64,000 nucleotides of DNA from Malacoraja senta (lineage: Eukaryota), in the NCBI GenBank assembly GCA_038087875.1, contig CM075997.1, positions 2,854,001 through 2,918,000 of the forward strand, in the 5' to 3' direction. A program made the translations under genes and the position numbers. Numbering within the stretch: the stretch's first letter is position 1; every line of letters begins with the position of its first letter. Below are positions 11,206 to 24,810 of the stretch, piece after piece. Under the pieces are notes generated by a model. That model saw nothing but the letters and a program-made list of their open reading frames with translations. It did not search any database and was not told where the DNA came from.

Positions 11206-12374
11206 CTACAGAGAACATAATAGACCCACTTTCAGTCAAGCCAGTGCCGAACCTCCATGCAAAAAATAAACCATTCGTCACTTTATGACTTGTTTAGGAA
11301 GGAACTGCAGATGCTAATTTACACCAAAGGTAGGTTCAAAATGCTGGAGTAACTCAGTGGGACAGGCAACATCTCGAGAAAAGGAATGGGTGACGTTTTG
11401 AGTCGAGACTCTTCTTCAGGTTGAGAGTCAGGTGAGGAGGAAACTAGGGGTATGAAAAGGTACAGACCAAATCCCAGCCGGCACCGATGGCCAAGGAGCC
11501 CACAATGGTCCATTGTTGGCTGTGAAGGAGGTGATAAGAAAGGGATACGAACAGTGAAACAAGCAGGACTTCTAGGTTGGGGGAGGGATGGAGAGGGAGG
11601 GAATGCAAGGATTACTTGAAATTGGAAAAATCAATATTCATACCGCTGGGGGTAAGCTGCCCAAGTTAAATATCAGGTGCTGTTTCTCCAATTTGCGTTT
11701 GGCCTCGCTCTGACAGAGGAGGCAACCTAGGACAGAAAGGTCAGTGTGGGAATGGGAAGGGAGGTTCAAATGTCTGGCAGCCAGGAGATCGCATAGGCCA
11801 AGGTGGATTGAGCATAGGGACTTGTCGAGCCTAACATGTTGGTAGGAATTTGAAATTGCAAACCAGTAAATTGCGCGTGGTTACATTTTAACAAATCTAT
11901 TTTAAAATCAACAAACCCTACATCCAATTTATCTTCAAAACTCCAGGTATGTTTTGAACGTAGGCCAGTCAGCTAAATATTGCCAATCTCATTTTATCAA
12001 AGAAACCTCTTGAACCGTAGTAGGTATTTGTGGCATTTTTATACAGCTTTCACCAGATGCTACCCGACCTGCTAGGTTTGAGCAGTATATTCCTCCCTCT
12101 GGGTTTCCATTTCACTCCTCTTCTCTCCTTATCTAATACCCCTTTCATCTCTAACTTTCATGACTTACTCCACCTATCAGCCAGTTAAGCCCCCTTACCT
12201 TAATCCACCTACCACTTGCATGAAACACAAAGTACGGGAGTAATTTAGAGGGTCAGGCAGCATCTCTGGAGGACACGGATAGGTGACGTTTCGGGTCGGG
12301 ATCCTTCTTCACATTAAATCAGTCTAAAGACAGTCCTGACCTGAAATGTCACCTATCATTTGCTAGCCTTTGAC

Positions 12375-13650
12375 TTGCAGAACACAACAGTACAGCACAG
12401 GAACAGGCCCTTCGGCCCATAATGCTTGTGCCAAACATTATGCCAAGTTACACTGATCTCATCTGCCTGTACTTGATCCATATCCCTCTATTTCCTACAC
12501 TTCCACGTGCCTACCTAAAAGCTTCTTAAACACCACTATCGTAGCAGCCTCCACCACCACCCCAGGCAATGCAGTCCAGGATCCCACCACTCTCTGTGTA
12601 AGAAACATGCCCTGCACATCTCTGTTAAACATTCCCCCTCTGACCTGATAGCTATGCCCTCTTGCATTGGACATTTCCATGTGAAAATGGTTCCGACTGT
12701 CTACCCTATCTATGCCTCTCATAAATGTTATATATTTCTATCAAGTCTCCCCTCAACCTCCAATGTTCTTGAAAACAATCCAAGTTTATCCAACCTCTCC
12801 CTGTAGCTGAAGCCCTCTAATCCAGACAGTGTACTGGTAATCTTCCTCTGCAACCCTCCACATCTTTTCGGTAATGGGGCAATCAGAACTGCGCAAAACG
12901 CCAAATCCTATAGGACCTGCATCATGATTTCTTGGCTTATACTCAATGCCCCTAGCAATGAAGGCAAGTATACCATGCACTTTCTTTACTTATCTACTTT
13001 TGCTGCCAATTTTCAGTGAGCTATGAAATTGGACTCCAAAATCCCTCTGCACATCAATGTGTTAAAGGTGTTGCCATTAACTGTACACTTTCCCCTTACA
13101 TTCAACCTCCTTAAGTGCAACACCTCACACTTGCTCGGGATAACCTCTTTCTGGCATTTCTCCGCCCATTCTGCAGTTAATCTATATCCCACTGTATCTT
13201 CTGACAGCCTTCGTCACTGTCTGCAACTCCTTCACCAACCTAGTCTGAAGAAGGGTCTCAACCCCAAAATGTCACCTGTTCCTTTGCTTCAGAGATGCTG
13301 CCTGATCCGCTGAATTACTCCAGCATTTTGTGTCTATCATCAACATTTACGTCTAGGTCATTTATATACATCACAAACAGTGGAGGTCCCTACACAGATC
13401 CCTGCGGAACCACTGGTCACCGACCTCAAGGCAGAATATCTACCTTCCACCACAAGGTGCTGTATTCTATGAATAAGCCTGTTTGGAATCCATACCACCA
13501 AGTCATTGGCAATCCTGTACATCATAATCTTCTGGATCAGCCTACAATGAGGGACCTTGTCAAAAGCCTTATTGAAATCTATGTATACAACATCCACCAC
13601 CCTATGTTCATCAATCTCCTTCATCACTCCAAAAAACTCAATCAAGTTAG
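12375..13650 (-). mobile_element. Degenerate CR1/HER1-type LINE fragments
   Basis: VDVVYIDFNKAFDKVPH and FLTQRVVGSWTALP-type translations with frameshifts. Confidence 0.75.
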
Positions 13651-15064
13651 TTAGACTTGAATCAAGTTAGCAAGACACATCCCATCTCTTTTCCAGCTAT
13701 GTGGTGCACAGCAGTAGAGATGGGGACCTCCCAACCATACAATACTCTGACTGATGAAGCCAATGTGCCAAACGTCTTTTTGACCGCCCTATCCACCTGC
13801 GACTCCTAGATCCCTCTGCTCTACAACACTCCCCAGAACCCTACCATTCACTTTGTTGGTCCTGGCCATATTAGACTTCCCAAAATGTAACACCTCACAT
13901 TTCTGCTGCTTGACCCACTGGGTTCCTCCAGCGTTTTTTTTTCTCACACCTCCTCCAGACTTTGTTGCCTATTAACACCTCCCTTTATTTCACTTATAAC
14001 ACCACGCTTCCTTTTTTGTCACTTAAAATCTCCTTGCTGACACGCTTTGAATCTTACTGTCCACCCCCCTGTCAAAATCAGTAATCCTTTCCCATTCAAT
14101 TACATTGATGGGATCAGGTGTTTTCCTGGCCTCCGGATGCTTTTTGTCCCATGTTATTTATCGGTAGCAGATGCAGCCCAAGGCTACCAGGCCTAAAGTA
14201 ACCCATCCCAGCCCAGTCCCGAACAGAACTTGGGGAGCATTCCCTTACGTAATCCCAGCACAACTTTTATTCAGATAAATTCACGTTACAGATCTGGACA
14301 TCGCTCGCAGGCTGTGGGATTTATCGCCCGAATCTAATTGCCCTTCAGAAGGTTGCAGTAGTTTAGTTAGTTTAGAGTATAACATGGAAATATCCCAGGC
14401 CCACCGCATCTGCACCGACTATCGATCACCCATTAACTTTCTCATCCACTCCCGACAAACTAGGGGTAGGTTTACAGAGGCCGATTAACTTGCAAACCCT
14501 TGAATCATCTCCACCCCATCCGTAACACCGGATTCCTATTATATCCCAGTGTTTGACCTCCCTCTCCGATCCAGCCATCGCTGTCTGATCTTCAGCCTTC
14601 TGACCACTGTGCGGGGGAAATGGTGGAGAGACCGGGCTCGGTCCTCCCTTTTCTCCCGTGTCGGGTTGGGTTACAGTCTGCTGGGCTCGGTTCTACCTTA
14701 GTCTGAAGAAGGGTCTCGACATGAAACATCACTCATTCCTTCTCTCCAGAGATGCTGCTTGTCCCGCTGAGTTACTCCAGCATTTTGTGTCTATGTTCGG
14801 TTTACAGCAACATCTGCAGTTCTTTCCTACACATTCGGTTCTACCGCCCTTCCATTCCCGGGCCGGGCTTGGTTCCCCCGGTCTCGGTGCATCTCTCTCG
14901 CCCACCCCGGACCGGCCCCAGCCCCAGCCCCGGTCCCTTCACACTCCCCACCCCCGGCTCGGTTCCTCTCACTCTCCCGGACAGGACTCGGTTCCTGCGG
15001 TCTGGGTACATCTCTCCCTCCCGGAGCCGGGCCCGGTTCCTCCCTCTCCCCGGCCCGGCCTCAC

Positions 15065-15316
15065 CTTCCTGGGCCCCCGGTACAGGTAGAGGTAGAGCTC
15101 CCGGCCCACGTTGAAGCAGATGCGGTCGCCGCTGCCGCTCTGGTCGCGCACGTTGACCATGGAGACCCGCACGGGGTTGGTGCCCTGCGCGGCGCTGAGC
15201 GGCACCCGGTTGGGGCGGCTGTACTCGGACAGGCTCAGCAGCTTGTAGGCTCCTTCCCGGGTGCGAAACTGCGACTTGATCTCATTCAGCTCCTTCCCCC
15301 CGCCCTCAGCCGCCAT
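15065..15316 (-). CDS. DMWD: DMWD (WDR20 family) coding exon 1
   Basis: MAAEGGGKELNEIKSQFRTREGAYKLL...DRICFNVGRELYLYLYRGPRK|GTGAGG, 252 bp. SQFRTREG, HDFNQFT and QVQYLD are DMWD-type residues, and synteny supports DMWD over WDR20. Confidence 0.88.
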
Positions 15317-15357
15317 CTTCAGCCCGAGCCAGCCGCAAAACAGCGGCTCCGCCCGCC

Positions 15358-16675
15358 CCGGGCCTCCACCCACAGCGCCGCCTCCCGGGCCTCCACCCAC
15401 AGCGCCGCCTCCCGGGCCTCCACCCACAGCGCCGCCTCCACCCACAGCGCCGCCTCCCGGACCTCCGCCCACAGCGCCGCCTCCACCCACAGCGCCGCCT
15501 CCACCCACAGCGCCGCCTCCCGGGCCTCCACCCACAGCGCCGCCTCCCGGGCCTCCACCCACAGCGCCGCCTCCACCCACAGCGCCGCCTCCCGGACCTC
15601 CGCCCACAGCGCCGCCTCCCGGACCTCCACCCACAGCGCCGCCTCCCGGGCCTCCACCCACAGCGCCGCCTCCCGGACCTCCGGACCTCCACCCACAGCG
15701 CCGCCTCCCGGGCCTCCACCCACAGCGCCGCCTCCCGGACCTCCGGACCTCCACCCACAGCGCCGCCTCCCGGGCCTCCACCCACAGCGCCGCCTCCCGG
15801 ACCTCCGGACCTCCACCCACAGCGCCGCCTCCCGGGCCTCCACCCACAGCGCCGCCTCCCGGACCTCCACCCACAGCGCCGCCTCCCGGGCCTCCACCCA
15901 AAGCGCCGCCTCCCGGACCTCCACCCACAGCGCCGCCTCCCGGGCCTCCACCCACAGCGCCGCCTCCCGGACCTCCGCCCACAGCGCCGCCTCCCGGACC
16001 TCCGCCCACAGCGCAGCCTCCCGGACCTCCGCCCACAGCGCAGCCTCCCGGACCTCCGCCCACAGCGCCGCCTCCCGGGCCTCCACCCACAGCGCCGCCT
16101 CCCGGGCCTCCGCCCACAGCGCCGCCTCCCGGACCTCCACCCATAGCGCCGCCTCCCGGGCCTCCACCCACAGCGCCGCCTCCCGGACCTCCACCCACAG
16201 CGCCGCCTCCCGGACCTCCACCCACAGCGCCGCCTCCCGGACCTCCACCCATAGCGCCGCCTCCCGGGCCTCCACCCACAGCGCCGCCTCCCGGACCACC
16301 GCCCACAGCGCCTCCTCCCGGACCTCCGGTCCTCCACCCACAGCGCCGCCTCCCGGACCACCGCCCACAGCGCCTCCTCCCGGACCTCCGGTCCTCCGCC
16401 CACAGCGCCGCCTCCCGGACCTCCGCCCACAGCGCCGCCTCCCGGACCTCCGCCCACAGCGCCGCCTCCCGGACCTCCACCCACAGCGCCGCCTCCCGGA
16501 CCTCCACCCACAGCGCCGCCTCCCGGGCCTCCACCCACAGCGCCGCCTCCCGGTCCTCCGCCCACAGCGCCGCCTCCCGGACCTCCGCCCACAGCGCCGC
16601 CTCCCGGACCTCCACCCACAGCGCCGCCTCCCGGACCTCCGCCCACAGCGCCGCCTTCCGGGCCTCCACCCACAT
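15358..16675. repeat. GC-rich minisatellite, 27-bp unit CCCGG(A/G)CCTCC(A/G)CCCACAGCGCCGCCT with 18- and 36-bp variants
   Basis: Directly visible tandem array of about 1.3 kb, starting about 40 bp upstream of the DMWD ATG. Confidence 0.95.
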
Positions 16676-19036
16676 CAAAAATGTGTCTAGCATTTTTCGT
16701 GACCCATGTCTCGGAACTACATGAAATTTTGCACAGATTTAGATAAAATATAATTGAGAAAGAAGTCATAACTCGTCAGTGCCAAAAGTTGCACATTAAT
16801 TAATTAAACTAACTAACCTTGTTATTGTTTTGATGTAGACAAAAATGCTGGAGAAACTCAGCGGGTGAGGCAGCATCTATGGAGCGAAGGAAATAGGCAA
16901 TGTTTCGGGTCGAAACCCTTCTTCAGACCCTTCTATTGTTTTGATGTAATGAGGAGGCAGCCATGATCCCAGGGTCCTCGCTGCCTTGAGACCATGATTG
17001 GTCAATTTGCGTCCGACCTCAATGTCAAACGTGCATTGATTGAACAATTACTACTCAGAAAATTGGAGCCTTTTCTCATATTTTTAAAAATGTGCAGGTT
17101 TTGGTCTTGACGAGTTTCAAGTGTGATTTATATATTTTTACACAATATGTTAAAAATTCAGGTAGTTCCGTGAGTTGGGCACAAACTTGAACAAAAAAGC
17201 TCCTCGGCCACACAGACAGCACCTGATGTCAGGATCGAACCCAGGTCTCTGGCTCCATGAGGCAGCTACTCTACTGCTGCACCACTGTGCTGTCCTTACT
17301 AATTTAAATCTAAGCCCTGAATTAGTCCTGTTGTACTGAGGAAAACAGATTATTTCTCTTCACCCTGTCTAAGCCTCTCTGAACCATCTATCCCTCATTT
17401 AAATACCCCAGCCATCTCTCCTAACCTTATGTCTCTCACCTTGAAAACATCACCTATCCCTCTCTGGTCCTAACACATTTTGTTCCAAATACAGATGCTG
17501 TTCCACTTTCCCTTTACCTGGGATGAGAGATTTAATTTCCTCTTCATCAGATTTCTCTTCAATTTTATTGACGAGGATGAGATAACAGGACGGTCAGGTC
17601 CACTGACAGAGCGACAAATGAGGTCGCTTTGTCCCCTAAGCTCCCATTACAGAGAGATATTATCTGAAGAGAAAATTACAGAATCCAGCTACTCTCTGCT
17701 CTCACAAATACCCCGCAGTCATTATGTTTGCCCTTTCAATAACACCCATCCTCTGCAATACAGCCTGCACTGTGTCCGTCCAAAATGACAAGAACTGATT
17801 TAATTTAAAAAATGGTCTTTGAATTATGAGCAAAAGGCACATAATCACATCAGCTCCTGTCACAGTTCATCTTAGTTGCAAGCATATATGAAACTGGACA
17901 CGAAAAGCTGGAGTAACTCAGCAGGACAGGTGGAGAGAACGAATAAGTTCCTCTGCAGCTCATTCCATATACCCACCACCCTTTGTATGAAAAAGCTGCA
18001 CTTCAGGTCCGTATTAAATCTTTTCCCTTTTACCTTAAACCTACGCCCTCTAGTTTTAGACTCCCCTACGCTGGGAAATTATTGTGACCATTCACCTCAT
18101 CTATGCCACAAAAAGCTTTTCACTGTACCTCGGTACACGTGACAATAAACTAAACTGAACGGACTGATACAGTCATAAGGTACGGTCAAAGGCCCTTCAG
18201 CCCAACTCATACATGCTGCCCAAGAAGTCTATCTAAGCTAATCACATTTGCCTGTGTTTGGCCCATATCCACCTAAACATTCCTATCAATATATTCGTCC
18301 AAAATATTTTTTTTTATAAGCATTATATTTATACTCTTTTTAACACTTCCGCTGGCAGCTTGAATAAATGAAATCAGAATTGTCAAAGACCATAGCTTTA
18401 AGCTGAGAGGGGCGAAATTTAAAGGAGATATGCAAGACAAGTTTTTATACAGATAGTGGTGGGTGCCTGGAACGCGCTGCCAGGGGTGGTGGTGGAGGCA
18501 GATACAATAGTGGTCTTTAAGTGGCTTTTAGACAGGCACGTGTGTAGGGAATGGAGGGAATTGGATCATGTGCAGGCAGAGGAGATTAGTTTACTCTGCA
18601 ATCACATCTGGTATGGATATTGTGGGCCGGAGGGTCTGTTCCTGAGCTGTGCTGTTCTATGTTGTAAGTACCTGCTCCCCCAACAAGTGATAACACAAGA
18701 CCTCTAATGAGGCCAAACTCAACACCAGCTGCAGAAATAAGCCCAAAGCCCAAGGTCCAACATCATCAATGTGTTAACATCAGATATTAAAGCAAGTATT
18801 AGATTTTAAATCGTAAAGAGAGATAGTTGTCTTCAAAGCAGTAACTTCAATCTCAGAGTCCTGAAGCAACTAGTTCCAAGTATCATTCAAGATTCAAGAT
18901 ACATTTATTTGTCACGTGCCGGTTGGCACAGTGAAATGTGATCACCATACAGCCATACAATAAAAATATAGAACACAACACACGATAGAGTTCAACATAA
19001 AACATCAAAGGTTTCCCACTGTGAGGGAAGGCACCA

Positions 19037-21245
19037 AACATAGAAACATAGAAACATAGAAATTAGGTGCAGGAGTAGGCCATTCGGCCCTTCGAGCCTG
19101 CACCGCCATTCAATATGATCATGGCTGATCATCCAACTCAGTATCCCGTACCTGCCTTCTCTCCATACCCTCTGATCCCTTTAGCCACAAGGGCCACATC
19201 TAGCTCCCTCTTAAATATAGCCAATGAACTGGCCTCGACTACCCTCTGTGGCAGAGAGTTCCAGAGATTCACCACTCTCTGTGTGAAAAAAGTTCTTCTC
19301 ATCTCGGTTTTAAAGGATTTCCCCCTTATCCTTAAGCTGTGACCCCTTGTCCTGGACTTCCCCAACATCGGGAGCAATCTTCCTGCATCTAGCCTGTCCA
19401 ACCCCTTAAGAATTTTGTAAGTTTCTATAAGATCCCCTCTCAATCTCCTAAATTCTAGAGAGTATAAACCAAGTCTATCCAGTCTTTCTTCATAAGACAG
19501 TCCTGACATCCCAGGAATCAGTCTGGTGAACCTTCTCTGCACTCCCTCTATGGCAATAATGTCCTTCCTCAGATTAAGAGACCAAAACTGTACGCAATAC
19601 TCCAGGTGTGGTCTCACCAAGACCCTGTACAACTACAGTAGAACCTCCCTGCTCCTATACTCAAATCCTTTTGCTATGAAAGCTAACATACCATTCGCTT
19701 TCTTCACTGCCTGCTGCACCTGCATGCCTACTTTCAATGACTGGTGTACCATGACACCCAGGTCTCGCTGCATCTCCCCTTTTCCTAGTCGGCCACCATT
19801 TAGAAAATAGTCTGTTTCCTGTTTTTGCCACCAAAATGGATAACCTCACATTTATCCACATTATACTGCATCTGCCAAACATTTGCCCACTCACCCAGCC
19901 TATCCAAGTCACCTTGCAGTCTCCTAGCATCCTCCTCACAGCTAACACTGCCCCCCAGCTTAGTGTCATCCGCAAACTTGGAGATATTGCCTTCAATTCC
20001 CTCATCCAGGTCATTAATATATATTGTAAATAGCTGGGGTCCCAGCACTGAGCCTTGCGGTACCCCACTAGTCACTGCCTGCCATTGTGAAAAGGACCCG
20101 TTTACTCCTACTCTTTGCTTCCTGTTTGCCAGCCAGTTCTCTATCCACATCAATACTGAACCCCCAATGCCATGTGCTTTAAGTTTGTATACTAATCTCT
20201 TATGTGGGACCTTGTCGAAAGCCTTCTGGAAGTCCAGATACACCACATCCACTGGTTCTCCCCTATCCACGCTACTAGTTACATCCTCGAAAAATTCTAT
20301 AAGATTCGTCAGACATGATTTACCTTTCGTAAATCCATGCTGACTTTGTCCAATGATTTCACCACTTTCCAAATGTGCTGCTATCCCATCTTTAATAACT
20401 GACTCTAGCAGTTTCCCCACTACCGATGTTAGACTAACTGGTCTGTAATTCCCCGTTTTCTCTCTCCCTCCCTTCTTAAAAAGTGGGGTTACGTTTGCTA
20501 CCCGCCAATCCTCAGGAACTACTCCAGAATCTAAAGAATTTTGAAAGATTATTACTAATGCATCCACTATTTCTGGAGCTACTTCCTTAAGTACTCTGGG
20601 ATGCAGCCTATCTGGCCCTGGGGATTTATCAGCCTTTAATCCATTCAATTTACCCAAAACCACTTCCCGACTAACCTGGATTTCACTCAATTCCTCCAAC
20701 TCCTTTGACCCGCGGTCCCCTGCTATTTCCGGCAGATTATTTATGTCTTCCTTAGTGAAGACGGAACCAAAGTAGTTATTCAATTGGTCCGCCATATCCT
20801 TGTTCCCCATGATCAACTCACCTGTTTCTGACTGCAAGGGACCTACATTTGTTTTAACTAATCTCTTTCTTTTTACATATTTATAAAAACTTTTGCAGTC
20901 AGTTTTTATGTTCCCTGCCAGTTTTCTTTCATAATCTATTTTTCCTTTCCTAATTAAGCCCTTTGTCCTCCTCTGCTGGTCTCTGAATTTCTCCCAGTCC
21001 TCTGGTATGCTGCTTTTTCTGGCTAATTTGTACGCATCATCTTTCGCTTTGATACCATCCCTGATTTCCCTTGTTATCCACGGATGCACTACCTTCCCTG
21101 ATTTATTCTTTTGCCAAACTGGGATGAACAATTTTTGTAGTTCATCCATGCAGTCTTTAAATGTCTTCCATTGCATGTCCACCGTCAACCCTTTTAGAAT
21201 TAATTGTCAGTCAATCATGGCCAATTCATGTCTCATACCCTCAAA
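19037..21245 (-). mobile_element. CR1 LINE, 5'-truncated 2.2-kb copy with most of the RT domain
   Basis: 462-aa ORF with [34 protein letters not shown] and KFADDTK; frameshifted C-terminus; (ACATAGAA)n tail. Confidence 0.95.
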
Positions 21246-21869
21246 GTCAGTCATCTTCCTCAAAGTCATCATCAAAGCTGCTTAACTGAATTAATGTTCA
21301 TCTCTTTGCCAGACATCTGCTGAGAGCATCGAGGCAAATTAATTTTCTATTGAGAAAAGTCTAATCCATAACTCAATACACGTAAAATGTCAACAAAGTT
21401 AATGACTGCCAAAGAGAAGAATCAGGTTTGAGCCGCTGGGATGAAGGAGTTGTCTTGTAAGGAGCGATCTATTGGAAGCATTGCCTCAAGAAGGCAGCCA
21501 ATATCATCAAAGATCCACGTCACCCTGGCCACGCTCTCATCTCGCTGCTACCATCAGGAAGCAGGTGCAGGAGCTTGAAAACCATGACCTCCAGGTTCAA
21601 GAACAGCTTCTTCCCAGCATCAAGCTCTTGAACACTGCACAACACTAACCCCAGTAACTGTGATCTACTCTGCACTGCATTTTTAGCTATGGTCTTTGGT
21701 TTTGCGCTATTATGGTTACCTGGTATTACTGTTAATAATTTATAACATTATTGATTATTAGATATTTATCTGTGTGTTATTGCATTAATGGGCTTGTTAA
21801 TCTGCAGCAAATAAAAATTTCATTGTTCCATTGCTGGAACATATGATAATTAAACACTCTTGACTCTTG

Positions 21870-22067
21870 TGTAGGAAAGAACTGCAGATGCTGGTTTAAA
21901 TTGAAGATAGGCACAAAATGCTGGAGTAACTATTCATACACTTCCTTATCTATGTACCTCCCACTTCCCTGACATCAGTTTAAAGAAGGGTCTCGACCCG
22001 AAACGTCGCCCATTCTTTCTCTCCAGAGATGCTGCCTGTCCCGCTGAGTTACTCCAGAATTTTGTGT
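21870..22067. mobile_element. Penelope-type short repeat (inverted halves) with 15-bp TSD
   Basis: TSD CACTCTTGACTCTTG at 21855-21869 and 22068-22082; mutated hammerhead core near 21980. Confidence 0.7.
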
Positions 22068-23321
22068 CACTCTTGACTCTTGAGTAAGTTGAACCTGTAG
22101 TCAAAAGAGATCAGAAGAATGTTGGAACATAGAAGGTTTGAGGGGTGGGGGGAGAGGGGGGAGGGGGGAAGGCAGCGGATATTATTTGGGTGACACTGTG
22201 AGGATATCCCTCCTCATGGAGAAGTTCAGAGCGTGGTGTCAGAATCAGGGGTCGCCGTATGGCTTGAAGACAATGTAATTGGTCTTCTGCAGAGGGTTAT
22301 GAACTTGAAGGTTGAGATAGAATTGCAGGCTTGTATTTGGATTGTGGATAGAATTGTTTAGGGCAGCACGGTGGCGCAGCGGTAGAGCTACAGCCTTCCA
22401 GCGCCAGAAACACGGGTTCGATCCTGACTACGGGTGCTGTCTGTACGGAGTTTGTACGTTCTCCTCGAGACCTGCGTGGATTTTCTCCAAGACCTTCGGT
22501 TTCCTCTTGGACGGTTTACTTGGACTACTCCAAGGACGTACAGGTTTGTAGGTTAATTGGCTTGGTATAAATGTATAAATGTAAAATTGTCCCTAGTGTG
22601 TGTCTTGTCTTTGGTGGCAAGAACAGGAAGGCAGATTATTATCTGAATGGTGTCAAGTTAGGAAAAGGGGAGGTACAACAAGATCTGGGTGTCCTTGTTC
22701 ATCAGTCACTGAAAATAAGCATGCAGGTACAGCAGGCAGTGTAGAAAGCGAATGGAATGTTGGCCTTCATAACAAATTTAACAAACAGACTGGTCATTCC
22801 TTCTTCTCCCTGTTACTGTGAGGCGAAAGGTACAGAAAGGTGCACCACCAGACGGAGCAACAACTCCTTCTCGCTCTGCATTTTTTTTTGTAGATTGACC
22901 AGTTGTGTTACTCCAGTACTTTGTGTCTTGTTTTTTAAACCGGCATCTGCGGTTCTTTGGGGATAAACCAATATTGCTAGTGTTATACGCAGTAGTACCA
23001 ACATCTCCCTTTTCCCCCGAACTCATGTTGCCCCCTGGGAGAGTGGACCTTCCCCTGTGCGAGGGGTCACCCTCGGGAGTTGGCCTCTCATCCCCTCAAT
23101 GTCCCTAACTCCCTCAGCATCGTCTGTCCCGCAGTTCCTCGGTGCCCCTCATCGCCTCAGCGTGCCTCATTCCCTCAGTGTCTTCATTCCCTCAGCATCC
23201 ACCAGACACTCAATGAGCAGCGGTCCCTCACCCCCTCAATGGTCCCTCACCCCCTCAATGTCCCTCATCCACTCAATGCCCCTCATCCACTCAAGTGTCC
23301 CTCAGTCCCTCTACATCGGTC

Positions 23322-23920
23322 AATGACAAGAGGATTTCAGTATAGGAGCAGAGAGGTTCTTCTGCAGTTGTATAGGGCCCTGGTAAGACCACATCTGGAG
23401 TATTGTGTACAGTTTTGGTCTCGTAATTTGAGGAAGGACATCCTTGTGATTGAGGCAGCGCAGTGTAGGTTCACGAGATTGATCCCTGGGATGATGGGAT
23501 TGTCATATGAGGAAAGATTGAAAAAGACTGGGCTTGTATTCACTGGAGTTTAGAAGGATGAGGGGGATCTTATAGAAACATATAAAATTATAAAAGGACT
23601 GGACAAGCTAGATGCAGGAAAAAATGTTCCCAATGTTGAGCGAGTCCAGAACCAGGGGCCACAGTCTTAGAATAAAGGGGAGGCCATTTAAGACAGGTGA
23701 GAAAAAACGTTTTCACCCAGAGTTGTGAATTTGTGGAATTCCCTGCCAGAGGGCAGTGGTGGCCAAATCACTGGATGGATTTAAGCTAGTGGAGTCAAGA
23801 TTATATGGGGAGAAGGCAGGCACGGGTTATTGATTGGGGACGATCAGCCATGATCACAATGAATGGCGGTGCTGCTCGAAGGGCCGAATGGCTTCTCCTG
23901 CACCTATTTTCTATGTTTCT
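23322..23920 (+). mobile_element. CR1 LINE 3' fragment inserted in a degenerate CCCTCA(A/G)TGT minisatellite
   Basis: LYRALVRPHLEYCVQFWS translation, flanked on both sides by the same loose tandem repeat. Confidence 0.85.
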
Positions 23921-24149
23921 AATGTCCGGTGCTCCCTCAATGACCCTCAATCTGGCAGTCCTTCAGTGACCAACTGACCCTCAGTGTCCTTCATTCCCTC
24001 AGTGACCAATGGCCCCTCAAAATCTTCCTCAAGTCTCCCTTATCTCCCTCAGTGCCCGGCTTGGCGCCGGGGGGGGGGGGTGTGGGGGGGTCAGGCGGGC
24101 TCGTGGCCGGAGCGGACGGACAATCGCTTCGCACGAGCTTTCCTTGGCG

Positions 24150-24290
24150 CGCTGACGTTTGGCGGGTTTCGCGCAGACGGACAGCGGTCTCCGCCAATCG
24201 GATGGACTGTCCACCCCATGGCCCAATGCCATGGCCGGAGCGCGGTCCAATGGTCAGCGAGGGGGGCGGGACATGGTGGGGTTTATAAAA
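24150..24290 (+). promoter_or_regulatory. Histone/S-phase-type promoter remnant
   Basis: TGACGT 24153; E2F-like TTTGGCGGG and TTTCGCGC 24158-24174; CCAAT at 24194, 24223 and 24247; GC box 24263; TTTATAAAA 24282-24290. Confidence 0.6.
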
Positions 24291-24642
24291 GGCAGCGCTG
24301 TCCAGCCAGCGTCCACGGGCGAGTGGCCGGCGAAGAACCTGGACGTTTGTCGCCAGGGATCTTTCAAAACATAATCCATCGCTCTGGTCATCCCACTGGT
24401 CAGCGAGGTTTCACCGGCCGGACCGGGTCTGCATTCCGGACACGACCAAGGGTCAAGGCCAAAGACATCCGCCCCTCTCCCGCAATTTAATAAAATATCC
24501 TCTCAGGGGTCACTCCTTCCCTCCCACCCACCCTGTCCACTCAGCCGCTGACCGACTGGCCGGGTCCCCTTGAGGAGCGAGGGGTGAGTATGAAGGGGGG
24601 TGAGGTCGGGGAGTTTCTTTCTTGTGTCATTCTGCTCCATTG

Positions 24643-24810
24643 ATGGTGTTCGCGGTTACACAAACTCACCGGCGCTAAGTCCCCGCAAGTCCAGCTACGC
24701 ACAAACATCTGCAGGTCAGGTTGGCTCCGAGTAGATAGATCCAGCGCCCCTGGACCGGCCTTGAAGACGATGGCGCGGGAGATCGCGACCGAGATGTGCT
24801 TCCAGACCGA
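24643..24810 (+). pseudogene. Degenerate histone H3 pseudogene
   Basis: ACCGGCGCTAAGTCCCCGCAAG resembles H3 TGGKAPRK codons; MAREIATEMCFQT resembles VREIA(QDFK)TDLRFQS; many indels. Confidence 0.55.

Noticed and set aside
14969..16769. Four long Gly/Pro/Arg-rich ORFs (349-574 aa)
   Set aside because: They result from a stop-free 27-bp tandem repeat; only 15065-15316 is supported as coding.
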